A DNA stretch of 63,959 nucleotides, the filler included, from Vicugna vicugna (lineage: Eukaryota): NCBI GenBank assembly GCA_013265495.1. It is 74 parts of 74 records of this genome, joined end to end, with 100 filler letters (N's around TTAATTAATTAA, not from the genome) between each part and the next. Parts side by side here need not be neighbours in the genome. Positions count along the whole stretch, not along the records: positions 36,834 to 37,588 come from PNXW01031077.1; positions 37,689 to 38,507 come from MU063780.1; positions 38,608 to 39,315 come from MU063781.1; positions 39,416 to 39,865 come from PNXW01031086.1; positions 39,966 to 40,721 come from MU063783.1; positions 40,822 to 41,701 come from MU063787.1; positions 41,802 to 42,362 come from PNXW01031103.1; positions 42,463 to 43,261 come from MU063792.1; 66 more parts are not named here. One strand, given 5' to 3'. The notes under the pieces are model-generated. The model was not told where the DNA came from and searched no databases. It worked only from the letters and a program-made list of their open reading frames with translations. Each line of letters starts with the position of its first letter. Position 1 is the stretch's first letter. Shown here piece by piece: positions 37,285 through 49,566 of this stretch. A program made the position numbers and the translations under genes.

Positions 37285-37323
37285 GGTTTGTGCTCAGCTC
37301 CCCCTGCAGCCCCTCTCACTGTG
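37285..37323 (-). other. V(D)J recombination signal sequence, 23-bp spacer
   Basis: On the minus strand: heptamer CACAGTG (37317-37323), 23-nt spacer (37294-37316), nonamer GCACAAACC (37285-37293). Confidence 0.93.
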
Positions 37324-37588
37324 TCGCTCAGAGCACAGTAGTACACGGCCGAGTCTGACGTCTGCACGGACGGTTTCTGCAGGTGGAAGGTCCTGCTACT
37401 CTTATCAAGAGTGGCCTGAAAACCTTGATATTTGCAGCTGAGCCCTTCAGGAGGAGCTGAGGAGCTCTGTTGACGTACTGCACGTACCAGAAAAGATAGG
37501 GAGTTGAACCAGCGGTCTGATAGATGCAGTTCAGGAACATAGATGCCTCCTCTGGGAGAGTGACTGGGACTTCAGTCTGGGTCACTGA
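37324..37588 (-). pseudogene. T-cell receptor alpha variable segment (TRAV18-like), germline, frameshifted; leader missing at scaffold edge
   Basis: [53 protein letters not shown], then in a shifted frame [34 protein letters not shown]. Both Ig-domain cysteines and the WY motif are present. Confidence 0.93.
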
Positions 37589-37688
37589 NNNNNNNNNNNN
37601 NNNNNNNNNNNNNNNNNNNNNNNNNNNNNNNNTTAATTAATTAANNNNNNNNNNNNNNNNNNNNNNNNNNNNNNNNNNNNNNNNNNNN

Positions 37689-38507
37689 CACCAAACAAGT
37701 TACCTATGCACTATGAAATATTTACATTGACTTTGTAGCTTCTGCCTCTCACCAGTTTCAAGAAACACACTTTAATCCCACAAAAAGCCTCTTGGAGCGA
37801 ATTCTTCCCTAGAGATATGTAATTTGAATCGATTCCATCTTCATGATACTCCGTGTTCCGTACAAGCTACATAAATGGCGGATTCGACAAATATACATTC
37901 CTGAGTTGAGGTCATCTGGATTAAAGTGTGNNNNNNNNNNNNNNNNNNNNNNNNNNNNNNNNNNNNNNNNNNNNNNNNNNNNNNNNNNNNNNNNNNNNNN
38001 NNNNNNNNNNNNNNNNNNNNNNNNNNNNNNNNNNNNNNNNNNNNNNNNNNNNNNNNNNNNNNNNNNNNNNNNNNNNNNNNNNNNNNNNNNNNNNNNNNNN
38101 NNNNNNNNNNNNNNNNNNNNNNNNNNNNNNNNNNNNNNNNNNNNNNNNNNNNNNNNNNNNNNNNNNNNNNNNNNNNNNNNNNNNNNNNNNNNNNNNNNNN
38201 NNNNNNNNNNNNNNNNNNNNNNNNNNNNNNNNNNNNNNNNNNNNNNNNNNNNNNNNNNNNNNNNNNNNNNNNNNNNNNNNNNNNNNNNNNNNNNNNNNNN
38301 NNNNNNNNNNNNNNNNNNNNNNNNNNNNNNNNNNNNNNNNNNNNNNNNNNNNNNNNNNNNNNNNNNNNNNNNNNNNNNNNNNNNNNNNNNNNNNNNNNNN
38401 NNNNNNNNNNNNNNNNNNNNNNNNNNNNNNNNNNNNCACTATGAAATATTTATTTTCACTTTGTAGTTTCTGCCTATCACCACTTTCAAGAATCACACTT
38501 TGATCCC
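37689..38507 (-). repeat. Satellite C
   Basis: Reverse complement of the C unit. CACTATGAAATATTTA occurs at both ends. Confidence 0.9.
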
Positions 38508-38607
38508 NNNNNNNNNNNNNNNNNNNNNNNNNNNNNNNNNNNNNNNNNNNNTTAATTAATTAANNNNNNNNNNNNNNNNNNNNNNNNNNNNNNNNNNNNN
38601 NNNNNNN

Positions 38608-39315
38608 AGTTGGAGCATGTACCTCCCCATATATATGTATGGAGCGGAGTTGACAACTGGAAAGAAAAATGGGTTCCCTTCAAGCTAGGTGAAGAACGGC
38701 TTTCACACACACTTATCTCACAGAACTGAGAATGTGGAGAGACGATCGTTCATCCAGCACAAAGGGAACGGGTTGCAGGAGAAACCCTTACTCTGGTTTC
38801 TCAGTGTATTTCCTAGTGCCGGTTTGAAGTGCCTGCCGTTTTCACTGTAAAACGAGTTGNNNNNNNNNNNNNNNNNNNNNNNNNNNNNNNNNNNNNNNNN
38901 NNNNNNNNNNNNNNNNNNNNNNNNNNNNNNNNNNNNNNNNNNNNNNNNNNNNNNNNNNNNNNNNNNNNNNNNNNNNNNNNNNNNNNNNNNNNNNNNNNNN
39001 NNNNNNNNNNNNNNNNNNNNNNNNNNNNNNNNNNNNNNTTCTCAGCCTCTAGTTCCTGTTAGAAGTGCCTGCCTTTTTCACTGTAAAACCGAGTTGGAGA
39101 TGGTACCTCCCCATATATATGTATGGAGTGGAGTTTGCAACTTATAAGAACCTTTGTGTTCCCTTCAAGCTAGGTGAAGGACGGCTTTCACACACACTTA
39201 TCTCTCAGAACTGAGCAAGCGGAGAGATGTTCGTTCATCCAGCAAAAAAGGAACGGGTTGCAGGAGAAATACTGACTCTGGTTTCTCAGTGTGTTTCCTA
39301 GTGCCGGTTTGAAGT
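38608..39315 (-). repeat. Satellite E
   Basis: Reverse complement of the 11574 monomer. Confidence 0.93.
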
Positions 39316-39415
39316 NNNNNNNNNNNNNNNNNNNNNNNNNNNNNNNNNNNNNNNNNNNNTTAATTAATTAANNNNNNNNNNNNNNNNNNNNNNNNNNNNN
39401 NNNNNNNNNNNNNNN

Positions 39416-39865
39416 GAAGAAGTGTTCTGGGGTTCTGAGTGTGGGGAGGTTCTTCCAACAAACAGCAGCACCTGGCTTTTAATAGAATCCATTAGCTTGA
39501 ATTCCCTAAGTGTTTTCCTAGGCCTAGCAGTAAGCGATGGTGCGGGATGGGCTCTAAAGCCAAGTATTAGCGAGTGCATCTCTGTGGGCATTGGAGGGAT
39601 TTACACTACTTCCAAAACCTTGGAACACCTGTGCCCCATAAAGATGCGTGGAATCTGTTTCACCACCTCCAGCACACACACGGAGACGTGCTCAGGTATC
39701 CTGATTGTGGGGAGGCTCCTCCAAAGACAGCAGCGCCTGGGTTCTAATAGAATCCCTTAGCTTGTCTTCCCTGATGGCATCCCTAGGCTGGAGAGAATGG
39801 GAAAGAGGGGGTTGGGCTCTAAACCATGTATAAGCGAGAGCCTATCCATGGGATGTGGGTTTTTA
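39416..39865 (+). repeat. Satellite B
   Basis: Colinear with 47080-47420 and with the reverse complement of 4240-4437. Confidence 0.92.
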
Positions 39866-39965
39866 NNNNNNNNNNNNNNNNNNNNNNNNNNNNNNNNNNN
39901 NNNNNNNNNTTAATTAATTAANNNNNNNNNNNNNNNNNNNNNNNNNNNNNNNNNNNNNNNNNNNN

Positions 39966-40721
39966 AGGGGGCACAGTTATTCCATGGTTGTGGGTTGTAA
40001 GTTAAACAGCAATATCCCATCGATATGCTCTCGCTAATACTTGGTTTAGAGCCCAACCACCACATTCCACCCCTCTCCAGCCTAGGAATGCCATCAGGGA
40101 AGACAAGCTAAGGGATTCTATAAGAACCCAGGCGCTGCTGGCATTTGGAGGAGACTCCCCANNNNNNNNNNNNNNNNNNNNNNNNNNNNNNNNNNNNNNN
40201 NNNNNNNNNNNNNNNNNNNNNNNNNNNNNNNNNNNNNNNNNNNNNNNNNNNNNNNNNNNNNNNNNNNNNNNNNNNNNNNNNNNNNNNNNNNNNNNNNNNN
40301 NNNNNNNNNNNNNNNNNNNNNNNNNNNNNNNNNNNNNNNNNNNNNNNNNNNNNNNNNNNNNNNNNNNNNNNNNNNNNNNNNNNNNNNNNNNNNNNNNNNN
40401 NNNNNNNNNNNNNNNNNNNNNNNNNNNNNNNNNNNNNNNNNNNNNNNNNNNNNNNNNNNNNNNNNNNNNNNNNNNNNNNNNNNNNNNNNNNNNNNNNNNN
40501 NNNNTTTGGTTGTGGGGGTTAAACACCCACATCCCATGGATAGGCTCTCGCTACTACTTGGTTTAGAGCCCAATCCCAACTTTCCCCCGCACACCGGCCT
40601 TGGCAATCCACCATGGAATACAAGTTAAGGTATAGAATTAGAACCCAGGCAGTGCTGTTATTTGGAAGAAGTTCCGCACACTCAAGTCATCTGAACCCAA
40701 TGTCGTGTATGTGCTGGAGGA
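39966..40721 (-). repeat. Satellite B
   Basis: Colinear with 4200-4400 and 4800-4960. Confidence 0.92.
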
Positions 40722-40821
40722 NNNNNNNNNNNNNNNNNNNNNNNNNNNNNNNNNNNNNNNNNNNNTTAATTAATTAANNNNNNNNNNNNNNNNNNNNNNN
40801 NNNNNNNNNNNNNNNNNNNNN

Positions 40822-41701
40822 GCTCGTCTCCCCTGAGGATTTTCCTAATGTCTCTGTACCAGGGTAAGCTAAGGGGGTTTGCAGGATATCCCAGGGACAG
40901 ACGCAGCCTCCCCAAGGTCAGGGAAGGTATTTCTCGGACTTCCCCAAACAGGGAACCTCTGTGACTGAAGAGAGCTGCGTGGAGTTGTCTCTCGTGATCC
41001 CCAACGCACTGGCAATGGTTCCGGAATCCTGAGCGTGGGGAGGTTCCACCAACGGTCGGCAACGCNNNNNNNNNNNNNNNNNNNNNNNNNNNNNNNNNNN
41101 NNNNNNNNNNNNNNNNNNNNNNNNNNNNNNNNNNNNNNNNNNNNNNNNNNNNNNNNNNNNNNNNNNNNNNNNNNNNNNNNNNNNNNNNNNNNNNNNNNNN
41201 NNNNNNNNNNNNNNNNNNNNNNNNNNNNNNNNNNNNNNNNNNNNNNNNNNNNNNNNNNNNNNNNNNNNNNNNNNNNNNNNNNNNNNNNNNNNNNNNNNNN
41301 NNNNNNNNNNNNNNNNNNNNNNNNNNNNNNNNNNNNNNNNNNNNNNNNNNNNNNNNNNNNNNNNNNNNNNNNNNNNNNNNNNNNNNNNNNNNNNNNNNNN
41401 NNNNNNNNNNNNNNNNNNNNNNNNNNNNNNNNNNNNNNNNNNNNNNNNNNNNNNNNNNNNNNNNNNNNNNNNNNNNNNNNNNNNGAAGAGAGCTGAGTTG
41501 TCTCTCGAGCTACCCCACGCACTGACAATGGTTCTGGAATCCTGAGCGTGGGTAGCTTCCACCAACGGTCGGCAGCGCGTGGGTTCTAACGGAAAGCCTA
41601 AGCTCGTCTCCCCTGAATTTTTTCTTATGTCTCTGTTCCAGGTAATGCTAGGTGTGTTTGCATGATATCCCAGTGACTGAGGTTGCCTCCCCACGGTCAG
41701 G
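40822..41701 (+). repeat. Satellite A
   Basis: A monomer motifs. Confidence 0.95.
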
Positions 41702-41801
41702 NNNNNNNNNNNNNNNNNNNNNNNNNNNNNNNNNNNNNNNNNNNNTTAATTAATTAANNNNNNNNNNNNNNNNNNNNNNNNNNNNNNNNNNNNNNNNNNN
41801 N

Positions 41802-42362
41802 TCATTTTGTTTACATTTCTCTGTCTCTCTGAATTTAGGAGAAACATTTACCTGCTCTGGTCTTGCAGGCACGCCTTGTGTGGGAACTGTGTATGCTCAG
41901 GGGCCTTGGCGGGAGCTGGATCTGACAGCAGCACCGGCCGCATCTTCTCCCACGTGTGCTGGTGGCCACCACCCTGGTGGGAGGTAGGGTTGGAGCCGGA
42001 GGGGCCAGAGCCAGGGCCAGGGCCAACCTGGGGCTTCTCTGCTCAGTGGCTGTCACTGCCCTGTCAGAGGAGGGATCAGGGCCGCAGGGGTGGAGCAGGA
42101 GCCCTGAGGGAGCTGGGTTTCTTCCAGGGGTGCTGGCGGTCTCCACCTTGGTGGGGGATTGGCTGAGGGCCCGAGGCCCGGGGGCTGCACTTCTGTGCTG
42201 GTGTCACTGTGTCCCCGGTGTGCTCGCGCGGCTAGAGGCTGGGCGTGACGGGAGGGGCAGCGCCGCGCCGCCAAGCTGACTTTGCTCCCTCCCACGTGTG
42301 AGCAGTGACACGCGCTGGGCAGTGGTGCCTGCGCCCTGGTCAGAGGCAGGGCTGGGGTCCAC
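41802..42362 (-). mobile_element. Probable L1 5' UTR/ORF1 start
   Basis: TTCATTTTGTTTACATTTCTCTGTCTCTCTGAATTTAGGAGAAACATTTACCT..TCTGGTCTTG and repeated GTGTGCTGG..G.C.CCACC.TGGTGGG resemble antisense L1M 5' ends. Confidence 0.55.
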
Positions 42363-42462
42363 NNNNNNNNNNNNNNNNNNNNNNNNNNNNNNNNNNNNNN
42401 NNNNNNTTAATTAATTAANNNNNNNNNNNNNNNNNNNNNNNNNNNNNNNNNNNNNNNNNNNN

Positions 42463-43261
42463 TCTTCAGTCACAGGTGTTCCATGATCGGGGAAGTCCGA
42501 GAAATACATTCCCTGACCTTGGGTAGAAAGCCTCTGACACTGGGATATCCTGCAATCACCCCTAGCATTCCCTGGCACCGAGACATAAGGAAAACCCTCA
42601 GGGGAGACGAGCTTAGGCATTCCGTTAGAACCCACGGTCTGCCGACTGTTGGTGGAACATCCCAACGCTTAGGATTGCGGAACAATTGTCAGTGGGTGGG
42701 GGAGCTCGAGAGACAACTCCACGCAGCTCTCTTCAGTCACAGGTGTTCCCTGTTCGAGGAAGTCCGAGTAAAAACTTCCCTGACCTGGGGGAGGCAGCAT
42801 CTGACACTGGGATATCCTGCAATCACCCCTAGCATTCCCTGGCACAGAGACATTAGGAAAACCCTCAGGGGAGACGAGCTTAGGCATTCCGTTAGAACCC
42901 ACGCGCTGCCGACCGTTGNNNNNNNNNNNNNNNNNNNNNNNNNNNNNNNNNNNNNNNNNNNNNNNNNNNNNNNNNNNNNNNNNNNNNNNNNNNNNNNNNN
43001 NNNNNNNNNNNNNNNNNNNNNNNNNNNNNTTCCCTGAACTTGGGAAGCCAGCCTCTGACACTGGGATATCCTGCAATCACCCCTTGCATTCCCTGGCACA
43101 GAGACATTAGGAAAACCATCAGGGGAGACGAGCTTATGCATTCCGTTAGAACCCACGTGCGGCCGACCGTTGGTGGAACCTCCCAACGCTTTGTATTCCG
43201 GAAACATTTTCAGTGGGTGGGGGATTTCGAGAGACAACTCCACGTAGCTCTCTTCAGTCAC
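42463..43261 (-). repeat. Satellite A
   Basis: Reverse-orientation A monomers. Confidence 0.95.
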
Positions 43262-43361
43262 NNNNNNNNNNNNNNNNNNNNNNNNNNNNNNNNNNNNNNN
43301 NNNNNTTAATTAATTAANNNNNNNNNNNNNNNNNNNNNNNNNNNNNNNNNNNNNNNNNNNN

Positions 43362-44826
43362 CTCGAGCTCCCCCACGCAATGACAATGGTTCCAGAATCC
43401 TGAGCGGGGGAGGTTCCACAAACGTTCTGCAGCGCGTTGGTTCTAACGGAAAGCCTAAGCTCGTCTCCCCTGAGGGATTTCCTAATGTCTCTGTGCCAGG
43501 GAATGCTAGGGGGGTTGGCAGGATATCCCAGTGACAGAGGCTGCCTCCCCAAGGTCAGGGAAGGTATTTCACGGACTCCCCCGAACAGGGAACACCTGTG
43601 ANNNNNNNNNNNNNNNNNNNNNNNNNNNNNNNNNNNNNNNNNNNNNNNNNNNNNNNNNNNNNNNNNNNNNNNNNNNNNNNNNNNNNNNNNNNNNNNNNNN
43701 NNNNNNNNNNNNNNNNNNNNNNNNNNNNNNNNNNNNNNNNNNNNNNNNNNNNNNNNNNNNNNNNNNNNNNNNNNNNNNNNNNNNNNNNNNNNNNNNNNNN
43801 NNNNNNNNNNNNNNNNNNNNNNNNNNNNNNNNNNNNNNNNNNNNNNNNNNNNNNNNNNNNNNNNNNNNNNNNNNNNNNNNNNNNNNNNNNNNNNNNNNNN
43901 NNNNNNNNNNNNNNNNNNNNNNNNNNNNNNNNNNNNNNNNNNNNNNNNNCGGCAGCGCGTGGGTTCTAACGGAAAGCATAAGCTCGTGTCCCCTGAGGGT
44001 TTTCCTAATGTCTCTGTGCCAGGGAATGCTAGGGGGCTTGGTAGGATATCCCAGTGACAGAGGCTGCTTCCCCAAGGTTAGGGAAGCTATTTCTCGTACT
44101 TCCCCGAACAGGTAACATCTGTGACTGAAGAGAGCTGCTTGGAGTTGTCTCTCGAGCTACCCCACGCACTGACAATGTTTCCGGAATCCTGAGCGAGGGG
44201 AGGTTCCACCAACGGTCGGCAGCGCGTGGGTTCCAACGGAAAGCCTAAGCTCGTCTCCCCTGAGGGTTTTCCNNNNNNNNNNNNNNNNNNNNNNNNNNNN
44301 NNNNNNNNNNNNNNNNNNNNNNNNNNNNNNNNNNNNNNNNNNNNNNNNNNNNNNNNNNNNNNNNNNNNNNNNNNNNNNNNNNNNNNNNNNNNNNNNNNNN
44401 NNNNNNNNNNNNNNNNNNNNNNNNNNNNNNNNNNNNNNNNNNNNNNNNNNNNNNNNNNNNNNNNNNNNNNNNNNNNNNNNNNNNNNNNNNNNNNNNNNNN
44501 NNNNNNNNNNNNNNNNNNNNNNNNNNNNNNNNNNNNNNNNNNNNNNNNNNNNNNNNNNNNNNNNNNNNNNNNNNNNNNNNNNNNNNNNNNNNCAGAGGCT
44601 GCCTCCCCAAGGTCAGGGAAGGTATTTCTCGGACTTCCCCGAACAGGGAACACCTGTGACTGAAGAGAGCTGCGTGGAGTTGTCTCTCGAGCTCCCCCAC
44701 GCACTGACAATGGTTTCGGAATCCTGAGCGGGGGAGGTTCCACCAACTGTTGGCAGCGCTTTTGTTCTAACGGAAAGCCTTAGCTCGTCTCCCCAGATGG
44801 TTTTCCTAATTTCTCTGTGCCAGGGA
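43362..44826 (+). repeat. Satellite A
   Basis: A monomers with two N gaps. Confidence 0.95.
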
Positions 44827-45534
44827 NNNNNNNNNNNNNNNNNNNNNNNNNNNNNNNNNNNNNNNNNNNNTTAATTAATTAANNNNNNNNNNNNNNNNNN
44901 NNNNNNNNNNNNNNNNNNNNNNNNNNAGGCAGCAGCCCAGAGGGCTGTGTGTGGATGTGTTGTCTGAGGAGGGGGGTTCCAGGAAGTGGATCCCAGGAAG
45001 TGACATCACTTCCTTTACCACAGACCCCAACAGAAATGGAACCTGGCTACCAGGCACCCACATTCTAGGGACAGCCCCAGAGCAACATCACTTGGCTGGA
45101 GACAGTTCACAGAGAAACATGTTCTTTCTGTTTCGTGAACTCCCGGGGCTTCTACTCCAGGAAACTCTGGGGTGAGAGGTTTCTGAGAGGCTGTAGGCAT
45201 TGGTTGAACCCTCAACCCCAACACCTCTATATGAGGCGGTAAGGTAACACCGGCTAGCCTGGAGCAGGCCAATCTGGGACCAGCCTCCTCTCGGAGCCCT
45301 CCCTGGGCAGGCCCACTCCACTCATCTCCTTGTGGAGGAAGGGGGACTTGAGGGGAGGTGTCCCCTCTGGGCAGGNNNNNNNNNNNNNNNNNNNNNNNNN
45401 NNNNNNNNNNNNNNNNNNNTTAATTAATTAANNNNNNNNNNNNNNNNNNNNNNNNNNNNNNNNNNNNNNNNNNNNACATTAATGTTTCTTATTTTTAATT
45501 GTTTCTAGGCCAAAACCTTTATTATGTAATTTAA

Positions 45535-45625
45535 CATTCATAATAACACTTTATAATATGGGGTAATTATTATCCCCATTATCCAAGGTGGGAAAAGAAT
45601 CAGAGGTAAAAAAATGTGTCAACCT
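45535..45625. mobile_element. MIR remnant
   Basis: CATAATAACACTT...ATTATTATCCCCATT...GGTGGGAAAA..ATCAGAGG fits the MIR core. Confidence 0.5.
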
Positions 45626-45918
45626 AAATATTCTTTGTATACATTGAAGGATTACATACCCTGCAGAGGTTGAGTGCAGAGCTCTAAGAATAGTCAATAG
45701 AGTTTAATAGAATTCAATGATAGAATAGAATTCCATTCAGTACTCTTCATTTCATTCTCTATCTCTGAGTTTCCATGGATCCAAGGCTGTGACTGCATGA
45801 CCACTACAGAGGTCCTAGTGCCTGATGTCTGCAGATCTATACTGGTGGCCTGTGGGCACAAAATCTTGGGGACAACAGAGGAGAGAGCTAACATTCCCAT
45901 GGCTAAAGCAGGGACAAA

Positions 45919-46347
45919 TATCATACAACAGGATCAAGTTGGATTCACCCCAGGGTCACAAGGATGATTCAACATATGTGAATCAATCAATGTGATACGC
46001 CACATCAACAAAAGAAAGGACAAAAATCATAGTCTTCTCATGCATAGATGCAGAAAAAGCATTTGATATAATTCAACACCCATTTATGATAAAACTCTTA
46101 CCAAAGTGGTATAGAGGGAATATATCTTAACACAAGCTATTCATGACAAACCCAGAGCCAGCATAATACTCAATAATGAAAATCTGAAAGCCTTCCCACT
46201 AAAATCTGGAATAAGAAAAGGATGCCCATTCTTACCACTTCTATTCAACATACTATTGGAAGTCCTAGCCACAGCAGTCAGGCAAGAAAAAGAAATAAGG
46301 GTTTCAAGTTGGAAGAGAAGAGGTAAAAATTATCACTATATGCAGAT
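45919..46347 (+). mobile_element. L1 ORF2 reverse-transcriptase region, degenerate
   Basis: [32 protein letters not shown]...IDAEKAFDIIQHPFMIK...[26 protein letters not shown]...LSLYAD, with frameshifts. Confidence 0.95.
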
Positions 46348-46447
46348 NNNNNNNNNNNNNNNNNNNNNNNNNNNNNNNNNNNNNNNNNNNNTTAATTAAT
46401 TAANNNNNNNNNNNNNNNNNNNNNNNNNNNNNNNNNNNNNNNNNNNN

Positions 46448-46972
46448 CTGGTGTTAGGGAAAGCTTGTGAAAATATGTACACGAGTCTAGATTATAATAT
46501 TCCTTTTTAAGTGTATGAAAGATTATTAATCCACATGCTCTCAACTCAGGAATGCATGTTTGTCAAATCCGTCATCTATGTAGCATGTAATGAACACGGA
46601 ATATCATGTAGATGGAATGTATTCAAATTACATTTCTCTAGGTTAGAATTCTCTCCAAGAGGGTTTTTCTGGGATCAAAGTGTGATTCTTGAAACTGGTG
46701 ATAGGAAGAAGCTACGAAGTCAAAGTAAATATTTCAGAGTGCATAGGTAACTNNNNNNNNNNNNAAACATCAGTCATGCGCATGTTCACAACTCAGAAAT
46801 GCATGTTTGAGGAATCCATGACGCATGAAACATGTTCGTAATACGGAATGCCATGGTTATGTAAACAATGCAAATTACATGTGTATTTGTTAGATTTCGA
46901 TCATAGAGTGTTTTCTGGTGCCAAATTTCGGATTTTAGAACCTGGTGATAGAAAAAACTATGAAGTCAGATT
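46448..46972 (+). repeat. Satellite C
   Basis: Same subunit order as 35162-36098. Confidence 0.92.
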
Positions 46973-47072
46973 NNNNNNNNNNNNNNNNNNNNNNNNNNNN
47001 NNNNNNNNNNNNNNNNTTAATTAATTAANNNNNNNNNNNNNNNNNNNNNNNNNNNNNNNNNNNNNNNNNNNN

Positions 47073-48163
47073 CACACACGAAGAAGTGTTCTGGTGTTCT
47101 GAGTGTGGGGAGGTTCTGCCAACTGACAGCAGCACCTGGGTTCCAATAGAATCCCTTTGCTTGACTTCCCTAAGTGTTTTCCTAGGCCTAGCAGTGAGCG
47201 ATGGTGGGGGATGGGCTCTAAAGCCAAGTATTAGCGAGTGCATCTCTGTGGGTATTGGAGGGTTTGAAACTACTTCCCCAAACTTGGGACACCTGTGCCC
47301 CCATAAAGTTGAGTGGACTCTGTTTCCCCGCTGCAGCACACACACGGAGACGTGGTCAGGTATCTTGATAGTGGGGAGGCTCCTCCACATGACAGCAGCG
47401 ACTGGGTTCTAATAGACTCCCTTAGATTGTTTCCCTTGAGTGTTTCCCTAGGCCAGGCTTAGAGGGAAAGCTGGGAGTTTGGCTTGGATGCCAAGTAGCA
47501 GCAACTGCCCCCCGATGGAATGTGGAAATATTTAGAGGACTTCTCCCTAATGGGGAACAAGTGTGACCCCATTCATCTACTTGGATTTTGGCTCCACATC
47601 TCCCCGCCACAAAATTTTGGGTTCCGGAATCCTGAGTTTTNNNNNNNNNNNNNNNNNNNNNNNNNNNNNNNNNNNNNNNNNNNNNNNNNNNNNNNNNNNN
47701 NNNNNNNNNNNNNNNNNNNNNNNNNNNNNNNNNNNNNNNNNNNNNNNNNNNNNNNNNNNNNNNNNNNNNNNNNNNNNNNNNNNNNNNNNNNNNNNNNNNN
47801 NNNNNNNNNNNNNNNNNNNNNNNNNNNNNNNNNNNNNNNNNNNNNNNNNNNNNNNNNNNNNNNNNNNNNNNNNNNNNNNNNNNNNNNNNNNNNNNNNNNN
47901 NNNNNNNNNNNNNNNNNNNNNNNNNNNNNNNNNNNNNNNNNNNNNNNNNNNNNNNNNNNNNNNNNNNNNNNNNNNCGGGCTGTAAGCGAATGTGGGGGTT
48001 GGGCCCTAAAGACAAGGATTAGCGAGTGCCCCTCTATGGGCAGTGGAGGTTTTTAAACCAAATCCCCTACTTTGGAACACCTGTGCCCCCATAAAGTTAC
48101 GTGGAATATCTTTCCCACCTCCAGAACACACACGAAGAGTTTCAGATATCCTTAGTGTGGGGG
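47073..48163 (+). repeat. Satellite B
   Basis: B monomers. The first ~340 bp match 39416-39760. Confidence 0.92.
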
Positions 48164-48263
48164 NNNNNNNNNNNNNNNNNNNNNNNNNNNNNNNNNNNNN
48201 NNNNNNNTTAATTAATTAANNNNNNNNNNNNNNNNNNNNNNNNNNNNNNNNNNNNNNNNNNNN

Positions 48264-48435
48264 TCTGGTGTACAGCATAATGTCTCAGCCATGCATATAT
48301 ATACATATGTTTATTTTCATACTCTTTGCCGATAAAGATTACTACAAGATATTGAATATAGTTCCCTGTGCTAGACAGAAAAATTTGTTTTTTTAATGTT
48401 TTTAACATTTGCAAATCTCAAACTCCCAAATTTAC
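48264..48435 (-). mobile_element. L1 3' UTR fragment (same family as 60198-60522)
   Basis: TCTGGTGTACAGCATAATGTC...ATATTGAATATAGTTCCCTGTGCTA...AACATTTGCAAATCTCAAACTCCCAAATTTA. Confidence 0.85.
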
Positions 48436-49484
48436 AAAACTTGTCCAAATTAGCTGCTGTAGCTCAGCTTGCTCGTCATGAGGATGAGTCCAGTGATCCA
48501 CTGAGGTTTTCTCTGAAACCCAGACTGCTTGAGTGCACAGTGCTCAGTGGGAAACATCTGGACTATGCTAGTGAATCCAGCCCTCCGCATGTGCACCCAC
48601 TGCGGGCAGCGTATCATTTTCACGTGATTTTAATTAGTATGGCATAAACGTCTGAATTCAGTAGACAGTTAACAAAGCATCTGAATTTTTTTCAACAGGA
48701 TAGCAAGGTAGCCTTAAGCAGTGAATTAAACAAANNNNNNNNNNNNNNNNNNNNNNNNNNNNNNNNNNNNNNNNNNNNTTAATTAATTAANNNNNNNNNN
48801 NNNNNNNNNNNNNNNNNNNNNNNNNNNNNNNNNNTTCATCTCCCCACCCCCTTTTTTTTTTAAAGGTTTTAAAAGGACGATTTTAATTAATTTTAATTAA
48901 TCCACCCGATTAATACTCTGCTTCAACCCGCTCTTCTATTATTCATTATACATTGTTTTCAAACCCTCTTTCTCCCTTCTTTTAAAAATCTTTCTCTCTC
49001 TCTCTTATTCTTTTCTCTTTTTTTCTTTTTTNNNNNNNNNNNNNNNNNNNNNNNNNNNNNNNNNNNNNNNNNNNNNNNNNNNNNNNNNNNNNNNNNNNNN
49101 NNNNNNNNNNNNNNNNNNNNNNNNNNNNNNNNNNNNNNNNNNNNNNNNNNNNNNNNNNNNNNNNNNNNNNNNNNNNNNNNNNNNNNNNNNNNNNNNNNNN
49201 NNNNNNNNNNNNNNNNNNNNNNNNNNNNNNNNNNNNNNNNNNNNNNNNNNNNNNNNNNNNNNNNNNNNNNNNNNNNNNNNNNNNNNNNNNNNNNNNNNNN
49301 NNNNNNNNNNNNNNNNNNNNNNNNNNNNNNNNNNNNNNNNNNNNNNNNNNNNNNNNNNNNNNNNNNNNNNNNNNNNNNNNNNNNNNNNNNNNNNNNNNNN
49401 NNNNNNNNNNNNNNNNNNNNNNNNNNNNNNNNNNNNNNNNNNNNNNNNNNNNNNNNNNNNNNNNNNNNNNNNNNNNNNNNNNNN

Positions 49485-49566
49485 ATAAGCAAATATAATG
49501 ATTATAGCATAAGGGACTTACGGGATAATATAAAGCATCCCAATCTTCACATAATAGGGGTCCCAG
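49485..49566 (+). mobile_element. L1 ORF1 fragment
   Basis: SIRDLRDNIKHPNLHIIGVP matches the L1 ORF1 motif LRDLWDNIKRxNIRIIGVPE. 48835-49031 may be its 5' UTR. Confidence 0.85.
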
